39,265 nt of DNA from Candidatus Taylorbacteria bacterium RIFCSPHIGHO2_02_FULL_44_12 (GCA_001822575.1 MHRM01000001.1:24755-64019); one strand, 5' to 3'. Positions 1 to 7,510 are shown, numbered from the stretch's first letter. Translations and numbers: made by a program. Notes: generated from the letters alone by a model not told the origin.

Positions 1-1
1 T

Positions 2-826
2 TTCACCGATAATATTGGTTCTCTGGGTGGAGGAGTGGCCACAGGCTATATAAATCTGTTCATCGGAGCGGCTATCGTTCTATTCATCATCAATATGCCT
101 CTCATAACTGCCTTGAGTATAGCGGGATCTTCGGGAGGCTGGACTCAAAAGATGTTTGAGAATATGAAGGGCTGGACCCAAAAAAGATTGGGTTCTTACG
201 GAAGTTACAGAGAAATCGGCAAGGGGGCCTGGAAAGAAACCGGAAGCCGTGTGGCAAGTCGTGTTGCCAGAAGCGAGTCATTCCAGGGTTTTGCCGCCAA
301 AAATTGGTTTGGTGAACAAGCCTTGAAAGGGACCCGAGTAGCCGCCCAGGATTACAACAAAAAGCTGGAAGAAAAGTTAAAATCCAGGCAGGATTTTGCC
401 CAATCTCTTGATAGAAATAAACAAGCCAAGGCTGATTATGCTAGTAGACTTTCTACCTCTATTCCTGCCAAACTCTCTATGTTTGGAAATATAGTAGGTA
501 GGGCTGATAGAGTGGCCGCGGCCAAGATATTGAGAGCTAGACTGGCTGAAGTCAAGTCGGAGTTGGATAAACTGACAAGTGAAATGAATAAACATCAGAA
601 AAAAGCTAGAACGACAACATTGAATGCATATGAGCAGGAGAGGTTGGATCTTTTGACTGGAACAAATGTATCTAATACTAATCCTGGACCAAATAACCCT
701 AATCAAACACCAAAAAATGAGATTCAAGATGAGCAAAATAACAAGACTGATATTGAGAATCAATTGGCCACATTTGAAGGAACAGTAGGAGCGTCAGGTC
801 GCGATGTGGAAAAGAGGCAATTCTAA
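2..826 (+). CDS. membrane protein, C-terminal portion (5-prime end lies outside the window); function unknown
   Basis: Frame is open from nt 2, so the GTG at 35 in the ORF track is probably internal. One hydrophobic helix (INLFIGAAIVLFIINMPLITALSIAG) is followed by a charged, coiled-coil-like and N/Q/P-rich tail. Stop TAA 824-826. Proximity to T4SS-like genes is the only functional hint. Confidence 0.5.
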   Translation, partial: FTDNIGSLGGGVATGYINLFIGAAIVLFIINMPLITALSIAGSSGGWTQKMFENMKGWTQKRLGSYGSYREIGKGAWKETGSRVASRVARSESFQGFAAKNWFGEQALKGTRVAAQDYNKKLEEKLKSRQDFAQSLDRNKQAKADYASRLSTSIPAKLSMFGNIVGRADRVAAAKILRARLAEVKSELDKLTSEMNKHQKKARTTTLNAYEQERLDLLTGTNVSNTNPGPNNPNQTPKNEIQDEQNNKTDIENQLATFEGTVGASGRDVEKRQF

Positions 827-830
827 AAAT

Positions 831-1436
831 ATGGATATAGAAATCATAGAACAACAACTGAAAAAAGTTCCGCCGGAAATAAAGAATGCGTTCTTTTCCG
901 TAAATACGGCATTGCAGATCCAAAAGATTGGGGAACGGTACGGACTACTTCTTGATCAGATAGATGATCTTGTCCAAGAAACAGGACTGACGATGATAGG
1001 CTTGAAACCGGCGACAGAATTTGTCAATCGCATCAGCAAAGAATTAAGAATTGATGGGAAAACAGCACGAAAAATAGCTGACTCTATCAATGATGAAGTC
1101 TTGGCAAGTATTCGCAAACAAGCTCGGGAAACTAGTGAGAAAAATCAAATACAAGAAGAGAGCCAGGCAAAAGACTTAAAAGAAAAATCCAATATCGCCG
1201 ACCTTGAAAGAGCAGGAGACTTCACTATTGAAAAAGAAGGTGATGAAGAAAAAAGTGATTCAGCTATAAAGAGAGATAATTACGGTTACACCGAACCTCT
1301 GGTAGACCACCTCTTGAGCACGCCCGTAGCTGAACCTCAACAGAAAATAGTCAGATATGAAGATGGAAAACTTATCACAATGCCACCTATTCAAGTAAAA
1401 ACTGGACCTGATCCCTACAAAGAACCTATTGAATAG
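831..1436 (+). CDS. hypothetical protein (full-length copy of a duplicated gene)
   Basis: ORF 804-1436. The ATG at 831 (MDIEIIEQQLKK...) lies 5 nt after the upstream stop and is the likelier start. The acidic C-terminal 79 aa differ at only 9 positions (by eye) from the C-terminus of ORF 1971-2369. Confidence 0.6.
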   Translation: MDIEIIEQQLKKVPPEIKNAFFSVNTALQIQKIGERYGLLLDQIDDLVQETGLTMIGLKPATEFVNRISKELRIDGKTARKIADSINDEVLASIRKQARETSEKNQIQEESQAKDLKEKSNIADLERAGDFTIEKEGDEEKSDSAIKRDNYGYTEPLVDHLLSTPVAEPQQKIVRYEDGKLITMPPIQVKTGPDPYKEPIE

Positions 1437-1460
1437 AACATTGAATAACAAAAAAGAGCG
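1192..1460 (+). repeat. 269-bp direct repeat, copy A (3-prime end of gene 831-1436 plus left half of its terminator)
   Basis: Aligns without indels to 2125-2393. I counted 23 mismatches by eye, about 91 percent identity. Confidence 0.85.
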
Positions 1461-1485
1461 GCTTCCGGAAGGGAAACACGCTCTT
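1450..1485 (-). terminator. intrinsic terminator between convergent genes
   Basis: Stem aagagcg (1454-1460) pairs with cgctctt (1479-1485). An A-run at 1450-1455 gives a U-tract on the minus-strand transcript of 1511-1819. Confidence 0.5.
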
Positions 1486-1510
1486 CAAGCTCACGACACT
1501 GATTTTGCCG

Positions 1511-1819
1511 TTATTGCTTGGGGGCAGGGGAGGCAGCTACTATGGAGGATCCGGTAGAGCCACCGTCTTTTCTTTTGACGGCGTTCACCTGATGCAACAT
1601 ATCGTCGGCATAGCAATCATAGACGGTGCCGTCTGGTGATGTTGCCACCCAATCAACATTGAGCATCCCTCTTTTCACATTGGACACCGCAACTTGATCG
1701 GGACGAAGACCTCCAATGGCCGCGGCGCTCACCCTCTTCAAACTATCGGGCGAGCTGGCGCATCCAAAGACAAACATGACGACTGGCACAAAAAGTGCCA
1801 ATTGAAATAATTTTTTCAT
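1511..1819 (-). CDS. small putative lipoprotein, GC-rich gene
   Basis: N-terminus MKKLFQLALFVPVVMFVFGCASS gives a signal peptide with a lipobox-like Cys. The gene is visibly GC-richer than its neighbours and convergent with 831-1436. Confidence 0.6.
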   Translation of the reverse strand: MKKLFQLALFVPVVMFVFGCASSPDSLKRVSAAAIGGLRPDQVAVSNVKRGMLNVDWVATSPDGTVYDCYADDMLHQVNAVKRKDGGSTGSSIVAASPAPKQ

Positions 1820-1970
1820 AGTTTTTCGATATTTGGATGTAATACCAACAACTCAATGACTTCACCATAGACAAACAAATTGCCAAGGATTTCATTGTTC
1901 AATTGTCAGATTTCACATCGACTCACTGCCAAGAGCATAGTATGGTTGTTAGGATTTGTCAAGGTGGGGA

Positions 1971-2369
1971 ATGTGGATAAGGAGTAAATCTTCGTGGTAC
2001 ATTCTTTTTTATGAAACAAATTTACAAACAGAAACTGCAGAGAAAATCGCCGAGCAAGTAAATAAAGATATATTCCAGGTTATCAAAAACCAAATGCAAA
2101 CAGACACCAATAAAAAGATCACTGATATCGCCGACCTTGAACGAGTGGGGAACTTCACTATTGAAAAAGAAGGCGATGAGGAAAAAAGTGATTCATCTAT
2201 AAAGAGAGATAATTACGGTTACACCGAACCTCTAGTAGATCATCTCTTGAGCACGCCCGTAGCTGAACCTCAACAGAAAATAGTCAGACAAGCAGATGAC
2301 AAACCTATCACAAAGCCACCTATTCAAGCAAAAACTGGACCTGATCCTTACAAGGAGCCTATTGAATAG
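1971..2369 (+). CDS. 5-prime-truncated paralog of gene 831-1436 (possibly a gene fragment)
   Basis: The C-terminal 79 aa are near-identical to 831-1436, but the conserved N-terminal domain is missing. ATG at 1971 is preceded by aaggtgggga. Start and functionality are uncertain. Confidence 0.45.
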   Translation: MWIRSKSSWYILFYETNLQTETAEKIAEQVNKDIFQVIKNQMQTDTNKKITDIADLERVGNFTIEKEGDEEKSDSSIKRDNYGYTEPLVDHLLSTPVAEPQQKIVRQADDKPITKPPIQAKTGPDPYKEPIE

Positions 2370-2393
2370 AGCATTGAATAACAAAAAAGAGCG
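2125..2393 (+). repeat. 269-bp direct repeat, copy B
   Basis: See copy A at 1192-1460. Confidence 0.85.
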
Positions 2394-2423
2394 CACCGCC
2401 GACAGACAAAGGCAACGCGCTCT
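2383..2423 (-). terminator. intrinsic terminator between convergent genes
   Basis: Stem agagcgc (2388-2394) pairs with gcgctct (2417-2423), preceded by an A-run at 2383-2388 (U-tract on the minus strand). Same layout as 1450-1485. Confidence 0.5.
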
Positions 2424-2452
2424 CCGATGGCAAGGAAGCTATGAGCCATCTT

Positions 2453-2782
2453 CTACGGAGACCTAGACGAGGTCGCCGCGATTGAGGAACTAATGGGAGG
2501 CGAAATGCTGGCAGAGGTCTTGTTGGTAGTAAAGGTGAGCCCGTTGAGGAACGGATCACTCTTGAAATTGATGATGGTGCCATTAGACAGCCGGACATCC
2601 CAACGGGCCTCGTGCTCCGAGAGCTGGTCATTTTCGACCTTCACCGCCGACTCCGGAACCCCCAACGTAAACGCGCTCATGGAGCGCATTGACCCTGGGT
2701 TAGTAACCAGGGACCTCCGGAAATTTGTGCACCCCATTCCAAAAGCCAATGCTAGCAACGCTGGCAAAAACATTTTCTTCAT
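2453..2782 (-). CDS. small putative lipoprotein or secreted protein, GC-rich gene
   Basis: N-terminus MKKMFLPALLALAFGMGCTNF. The gene is GC-rich, which explains the two long overlapping ORFs on both strands (2359-2631 minus, 2493-2894 plus). It occupies the same convergent position as 1511-1819. Confidence 0.55.
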   Translation of the reverse strand: MKKMFLPALLALAFGMGCTNFRRSLVTNPGSMRSMSAFTLGVPESAVKVENDQLSEHEARWDVRLSNGTIINFKSDPFLNGLTFTTNKTSASISPPISSSIAATSSRSP

Positions 2783-3091
2783 AATTCAAACTGTTTTGGA
2801 TGCGCACCAAATGGAGTTAATTCCAAAATGCTCTCGCACAAGGCTCCACAATCAAGGCACACATCCGACTCACTATCAAAAAAGTATTACATAACCCCAA
2901 AAATGTCAATAGTCGGGTGTGGACAAAGGAACAACAAAAAATATTATGAACATGTTGAATCATAACTATACTATTTACATTATATATAATTGTTGTAGTC
3001 TCATTATTAGATTTAACTATCGAAACCACTTCTGTGGGATTGATTCATTTACAAACAGCTCACTGACAATCAGTAATACTAAAAAAAGACT

Positions 3092-5302
3092 ATGATAGAA
3101 CAAGATTTTCGTCCGCTGGTCGTATTGTACGGCTATCGGAGCAAGAAAAACACGCTCAATTTTGTGGGTCGAAAAGGGCTTATAATACTGAGCGGAAAAA
3201 GCACTACCATTCAGAATATTTTACGCCTGTGCAACGGATTCAATAATGTTGGGGATATAACTCACAAATTACGGACCGTCAGTCCGGAAGAAGTGACCAA
3301 ATTTCTGTTACTTTTTGAACAGCAAGGGATTGTCTGCGATAGTCGGAATCTTCATCTAAGGTTCCACGAAGATTCAGCCAATCCGACAAAATTCTCGCGC
3401 GATCTCGGTGTTGATGGGGTTTCAGATATATTGCGGTCTGATAGGTTACGAAAACGCGATGGTAGGGTAATTCAGATACCCAACCCTATCTCGAGTAGTG
3501 TTCTTGATGTAATTCAAAATCGGAAGTCTACTCGGGCTTTTCAACCGGGTCAGATTTCGTTGAACAAATTGTCTGGAATCTTGGAGGCTACATACAGCAT
3601 CGGGAAAAACAAACACTGGAGCGTGGCCTCCGGTGGTGGAATGTACCCGCTTGATCTGTATCTAATCGTCCCTAATGACGATCAACAAGTGCCCAGAGGC
3701 ATACATCGCTGGAATCCTGAGAAGAGAAGTTTGATCATGGTGTCGGGCAAAAATCCGAGCGTATGGTTGTCAAAGACATTCAATGCCAAAACGCTTTTGG
3801 AAAATGTGGCATGCGTCCTGTGCATAGTGGCAAATTTCAAGCGTTCAACTATGAAGTACGCGAATCGTGGGTATCGTCTTGTTTTACTTGAAGCTGGGCA
3901 TGCGACACAAAACACTTACTTATTTTGTGCTGAGCAAAATATTGGAATTGTTGAATGTTGTGGATTTGCTGATGAAGAACTAGCAAAAGAGCTCGGGCTG
4001 ATTTTCCCAGAAGAAGCAGTTTTAACAACACTTATTATAGGAAAAATCAATCGTAAAAAATATGCCTCAATAAGTGACCAAGAAATGTCAGAAACAGCAG
4101 AACGACTTCGTCACATGCTTGTTGGGCACAACAAACCAATAGAAGATGTTTCGTTTTTGGATCTTGAAGTGATGGGATACACAATGCCAATGTGGGCAGC
4201 TGTGGCTACATATAGACCTATTCATGGGTATGCCACAAAAATCATGCTTAGAAATAAAGTTGCATTTGCGACTGGATCAAATTCAAACGAAACGCTTATA
4301 AAAGTTCTAGCGGAAGGATTTGAGCGATGCGCGCTTGAACAAAACCGTAGCGACCAAAAAGAAAGCGCTCTCAATCTAGGCGAACCATTCCTCGATCCTC
4401 GCGTCCTAGTTCCTTACTCGAACGCTCAATTCAAAAACTTAAGAGGTGTCACACAGTTTGATCCCCGGAGAAAAATAGATTGGGTTATTGGTTCACGCAG
4501 AGCGACTGGCGAACGAGTTTGGGTTCCTATGGAGCTTGTCTACTACGCTACGGAGCAAATGAAGTGCGAATTGAAACTATGCTATCAAGCGAGTTCAAGT
4601 GGTGTCGCGGCGCATCTCGACAAAGAGATTGCGATTGAGACGGCTCTCTACGAACTTATCGAGCGTGATGCCTTCACTGTCACATGGTATTCCAAGCGTC
4701 AAGTGAATTCGATAAATCACGAGTACTTGCCGTTAGACTTGAGAGATAGAATTTCAGAGTGGAAGCGACTGGGTTACAATGTTTCCATGCTGGATTTGAC
4801 ACTCGATGGTCCTCCAGTAATACTGGCTATCATATGGTCTCGAAAAAAGAGACCTGCAATCTGTTCTGGTGCAGCCTGCAAACCAAACTTTGTTGATGCA
4901 ACTCTAAAAGCGTTCAACGAGGCTGAGTTTATGGCTATGACATGGCATGATTACAGGCGAAAAACGAGAATGAGCATTCTAGATATAAAATGTCCAGAAG
5001 ATCACGGCGCTTTTTATCTGGATCCGAAAAATCTCGTGTATGTTGACTGGCTACTTGAAGCAGAAGAAAGTGATGTAATCAGGAAAAACTTCAAGGGTGA
5101 TCTACAGTATCTTGATCCTGTTGTGGTGGATATTACACCCAAAGATCATGCCTGTGGGCTGTCGGTTATGCGGGTGCTGTCGGAAAAGCTCATGCCTATC
5201 AACTTCGGCCATGGTAATGAACACCGTGGACATTCTAGAATGAACATGTTATCGTTCAAATGGAGTGAGAAATACCCTTCGACTCCCCACTTCTTCGCTT
5301 GA
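3092..5302 (+). CDS. tri-domain RiPP maturase: PqqD-like recognition domain + SagB-type (nitroreductase-fold) dehydrogenase + YcaO cyclodehydratase
   Basis: SagB-type motifs: NRKSTRAFQPG, ASGGGMYPLDLYL, NRGYRLVLLEAGHATQNTYLF, VECCGFADEE. YcaO/SagD-type motifs: ATGSNSNETLIKVLAEGFERCA, SSSGVAAHLDKEIAIETALYELIERDAF, and a Pro-containing C-terminus KYPSTPHFFA. N-terminal aa about 25-85 (TTIQNILRLCNGFNNVGDITHKL...EEVTKFLLLFEQQGIV) follow the PqqD/RRE winged-helix pattern. Confidence 0.85.
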   Translation: MIEQDFRPLVVLYGYRSKKNTLNFVGRKGLIILSGKSTTIQNILRLCNGFNNVGDITHKLRTVSPEEVTKFLLLFEQQGIVCDSRNLHLRFHEDSANPTKFSRDLGVDGVSDILRSDRLRKRDGRVIQIPNPISSSVLDVIQNRKSTRAFQPGQISLNKLSGILEATYSIGKNKHWSVASGGGMYPLDLYLIVPNDDQQVPRGIHRWNPEKRSLIMVSGKNPSVWLSKTFNAKTLLENVACVLCIVANFKRSTMKYANRGYRLVLLEAGHATQNTYLFCAEQNIGIVECCGFADEELAKELGLIFPEEAVLTTLIIGKINRKKYASISDQEMSETAERLRHMLVGHNKPIEDVSFLDLEVMGYTMPMWAAVATYRPIHGYATKIMLRNKVAFATGSNSNETLIKVLAEGFERCALEQNRSDQKESALNLGEPFLDPRVLVPYSNAQFKNLRGVTQFDPRRKIDWVIGSRRATGERVWVPMELVYYATEQMKCELKLCYQASSSGVAAHLDKEIAIETALYELIERDAFTVTWYSKRQVNSINHEYLPLDLRDRISEWKRLGYNVSMLDLTLDGPPVILAIIWSRKKRPAICSGAACKPNFVDATLKAFNEAEFMAMTWHDYRRKTRMSILDIKCPEDHGAFYLDPKNLVYVDWLLEAEESDVIRKNFKGDLQYLDPVVVDITPKDHACGLSVMRVLSEKLMPINFGHGNEHRGHSRMNMLSFKWSEKYPSTPHFFA

Positions 5303-5336
5303 AGGAGTAACAAATTGAAGGGAAGTTGGGCGTATT

Positions 5337-5468
5337 ATGAAAACAAAAAAACCACCGAACCCCCCCAAAGGAGTCAAGGTGTCAGTTCGTTCTTACAAAG
5401 ACATCCCAGGAACCCGTTGCACCCGCAGTGGTGGCGCGTGTCCGGGAGGTGGTACCTGCGGAAAATAG
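5337..5468 (+). CDS. candidate RiPP precursor peptide (43 aa), not in the ORF track
   Basis: My translation: MKTKKPPNPPKGVKVSVRSYKDIPGTRCTRSGGACPGGGTCGK, stop TAG 5466-5468. It starts 34 nt after the YcaO-fusion stop. The C-terminal 18 aa contain 3 Cys, 3 Thr, 1 Ser and 6 Gly. An in-frame GTG at 5379 is preceded by AAGGAG (5368-5373), giving a possible 29-aa alternative. Confidence 0.5.
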   Translation: MKTKKPPNPPKGVKVSVRSYKDIPGTRCTRSGGACPGGGTCGK

Positions 5469-5488
5469 CCACCCCGTTACAACCAGGA

Positions 5489-5518
5489 ATTCCATGAGAC
5501 ATCCGTGTTTCATGGAAT
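5489..5518 (+). terminator. possible attenuating hairpin after the precursor ORF
   Basis: attccatga (5489-5497) pairs with tcatggaat (5510-5518) around a 12-nt loop, followed by the T-rich ctttgtttatc. Weak as a terminator. Confidence 0.3.
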
Positions 5519-5539
5519 CTTTGTTTATCTATAATATTG

Positions 5540-5545
5540 TATAAT
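5540..5545 (+). promoter_or_regulatory. -10-like TATAAT 6 nt upstream of ATG 5552 (leaderless-type arrangement)
   Basis: tataat followed by accttt then ATG. No Shine-Dalgarno motif lies between. Confidence 0.4.
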
Positions 5546-5551
5546 ACCTTT

Positions 5552-6217
5552 ATGTCTATAAATACCCATGTCCTTTTGGCCTCAAAAGATATAAGACCAT
5601 ATGTAAAACAACTGAAATCAATTTCTGAATCTGCTGTTTTGTCTGTTAAAAAATTGTTACCAATCAATGATGTGGATGTAGTGTTCTACTATAACCCAGG
5701 AGCAACATTTAATGAGTCTGAGGTTGGTGGTATCGGAGGATTTACACCAAATGCTAGTGTTATATTTATTTCACTAAATCCTCGTCATCCAAATCTTGAG
5801 AGTTCATTAAAAAATGAGTTACTATTTATGTTGGCTCATGAATTTCATCATACCATTCGTTGGCAAAAACAAGTCGAGGGCGACACCTTATTGGAGGCTC
5901 TGGTATTTGAAGGCTTAGCAGATCATTTTGCTCAAGAAATAACTGGCAAAAAAACTCCATCGATATATTCCAACGCATTGACCCCTGAACAAAAGAAAAT
6001 TTTTCTTAAAAAGGCTTCAGGGGAATGGGAAAAGCCAACATACGATAACAATCTATGGTTCTTTGGTTCACAGCCAGATGTTGTTCCGCGCTGGACAGGG
6101 TATACATTGGGATATGATCTCGTTTCCGCATATTTACATACAAACCCTGGGACAAGTGCTTCAAAACTTGCATCTGCTGATGCATCTTTGTTTGCCAACA
6201 AATCAATTTATCAGTAG
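5552..6217 (+). CDS. DUF2268/YjaZ-like putative zinc metallopeptidase (candidate leader peptidase)
   Basis: HExxH motif in MLAHEFHHTIRW, then EGLADHFAQE and RWTGYTLGYDLVSAYL, matching the general pattern of the DUF2268 predicted Zn-protease family. ATG 5552 is preferred over TTG 5537. Confidence 0.6.
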   Translation: MSINTHVLLASKDIRPYVKQLKSISESAVLSVKKLLPINDVDVVFYYNPGATFNESEVGGIGGFTPNASVIFISLNPRHPNLESSLKNELLFMLAHEFHHTIRWQKQVEGDTLLEALVFEGLADHFAQEITGKKTPSIYSNALTPEQKKIFLKKASGEWEKPTYDNNLWFFGSQPDVVPRWTGYTLGYDLVSAYLHTNPGTSASKLASADASLFANKSIYQ

Positions 6218-6378
6218 TGTCTAGACCCCTCAATCTTTTTGAAAAAAATAACATAAAAGGATTTGGTTATCCATGGGCGGAGATTTGAAATTCTGGAATA
6301 TACACAGTTACATATGCATCAAGAAAACTATCCGATAGTGCACTGAAACAACTGAATGTGGATAATAATCACATAAGG

Positions 6379-6384
6379 TATAAT
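6379..6384 (+). promoter_or_regulatory. -10-like TATAAT 7 nt upstream of ATG 6392 (leaderless-type arrangement)
   Basis: ggtataat followed by actagca then ATG. Confidence 0.4.
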
Positions 6385-6391
6385 ACTAGCA

Positions 6392-6826
6392 ATGCGCTTT
6401 CAGGTGCCTCAATTCATAGAAGTGGAAGACAGGATATTTGGCCAGCTGACTTTGAAGCAATTCATATATTTGGTCGGAGGCGGCGGTTTGTCTTTTCTTA
6501 TTTATGCCTTGACAGACAGCCTGGCCATATCCGTCGTCCCAATGATCATCATCATGGCCATATCTGCCTCCTTGGCTTTTTACAAGGTCAATAACAAACC
6601 CTTTATCGCCACCATGGAGTCCGCATTCAAATATTATCTAGGCAGTAAACTATATATATGGAAAAAAGAAGATGTCCCCGCAGAAAAGAGTCTCCAAAAT
6701 ATTTCGGCCATATCAAAAAACTACGCCTCTATCATGGTCCCAAAGATCTCTGACAGCAAGCTCAAAGACCTATCATGGAGTCTGGACATAAAAGAAAGCG
6801 TCTATTCAAACAAAAATCAAAAGTGA
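6392..6826 (+). CDS. PrgI-family-like small membrane protein (T4SS-associated)
   Basis: N-terminus MRFQVPQFIEVEDRIFGQLTLKQFIYLVGGGGLSFLIY and two TM helices are typical of PrgI-type proteins. It lies directly upstream of VirB4. Confidence 0.65.
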   Translation: MRFQVPQFIEVEDRIFGQLTLKQFIYLVGGGGLSFLIYALTDSLAISVVPMIIIMAISASLAFYKVNNKPFIATMESAFKYYLGSKLYIWKKEDVPAEKSLQNISAISKNYASIMVPKISDSKLKDLSWSLDIKESVYSNKNQK

Positions 6827-6871
6827 TTGGCATTGATTCCTTCCACCATTTCGCGAGAAAACAAAAAGAAT

Positions 6872-7510
6872 ATGGCAAATACAGTAAAAACCACCCAAAA
6901 TTTTGTTCCAGTCCGAGAGATCCGTGACGGGGTGATCATCTTGAAGGATGGGGCCATGCGTTCCGTCATTCTAGCTTCATCGTTAAATTTCGCTTTGAAG
7001 TCTGCCGATGAACAGAGCGCCATTCTTTTGCAATTCCAGAACTTTTTGAATTCTCTGGACTTTTCGGTTCAGATATTTATTCAGTCCAAAAAGTTGGATA
7101 TACGCCCATACATAGCCCTTTTGGAAGAGCGTTACAAAGAACAAGTCAGCGAATTGATGAAGATTCAAGTCCGGGAATACATAGAATTCGTCAAAACTTT
7201 TGTGGAAAGCGCCAATATTATGAGCAAAAGCTTCTTCGTGGTCATCCCTTATGACCCTCCAATCATCGGCTCGAAGAAAAATCCTTTCGCCAATATCCTC
7301 CCAAATCGCAAAGGCTCACAAGGCAATCCCACAGCCGATGCCCAGTTTGACGAATACCGCAGTCAACTAGAACAGAGAGTGGCTGTTGTGACCCAGGGCT
7401 TGGTACGCTGTGGTATCAGGGCCGCCGAATTGGGAACAGAGGAAGTGGTAGAATTGTTCTATAAGATATTCAATCCGGGGGAAACGGAAAAACCGATACA
7501 AATAACATAA
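6872..7510 (+). CDS. virB4: VirB4/TraE-type ATPase, N-terminal domain fragment
   Basis: TTQNFVPVREIRDGVIILKDGAMRSVILASSLNFALKSADEQSAILLQFQNFLNSL resembles the N-terminal domain of Gram-positive VirB4 homologs. It ends at TAA 7508-7510, in the same frame as and immediately followed by ATG 7511. Confidence 0.6.
   Translation: MANTVKTTQNFVPVREIRDGVIILKDGAMRSVILASSLNFALKSADEQSAILLQFQNFLNSLDFSVQIFIQSKKLDIRPYIALLEERYKEQVSELMKIQVREYIEFVKTFVESANIMSKSFFVVIPYDPPIIGSKKNPFANILPNRKGSQGNPTADAQFDEYRSQLEQRVAVVTQGLVRCGIRAAELGTEEVVELFYKIFNPGETEKPIQIT

Noticed and set aside
2359-2894. Overlapping ORFs 2359-2631 (minus) and 2493-2894 (plus) across the lipoprotein gene.
   Set aside because: Long open frames on both strands are expected in a GC-rich segment. 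Only 2453-2782 has a signal peptide and a terminator in the right place.
2895-3091. Short ORF (MSIVGCGQRNNKKYYEHVES) upstream of the YcaO-fusion gene as an alternative precursor.
   Set aside because: It has a single Cys near the N-terminus, no leader-core organisation and no start context, and it sits in an AT-rich promoter-like spacer.
5315-5497. 60-aa ORF from the track (TTG start, AAGGAG 7 nt upstream) overlapping the candidate precursor in another frame.
   Set aside because: The product (W/R/P/Q-rich, no Cys, few Ser/Thr) is a poor substrate for a cyclodehydratase-dehydrogenase pair and uses several AGG/CGG codons. The 5337 frame gives a classic leader-core peptide. This is not fully excluded, because the Shine-Dalgarno spacing is good. 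Comparative data are needed.
6358-6594. ORF 6358-6594 overlapping the PrgI-like gene in another frame.
   Set aside because: The PrgI-like frame has the characteristic N-terminal motif and TM helices. The overlapping frame has none and would start inside the promoter.
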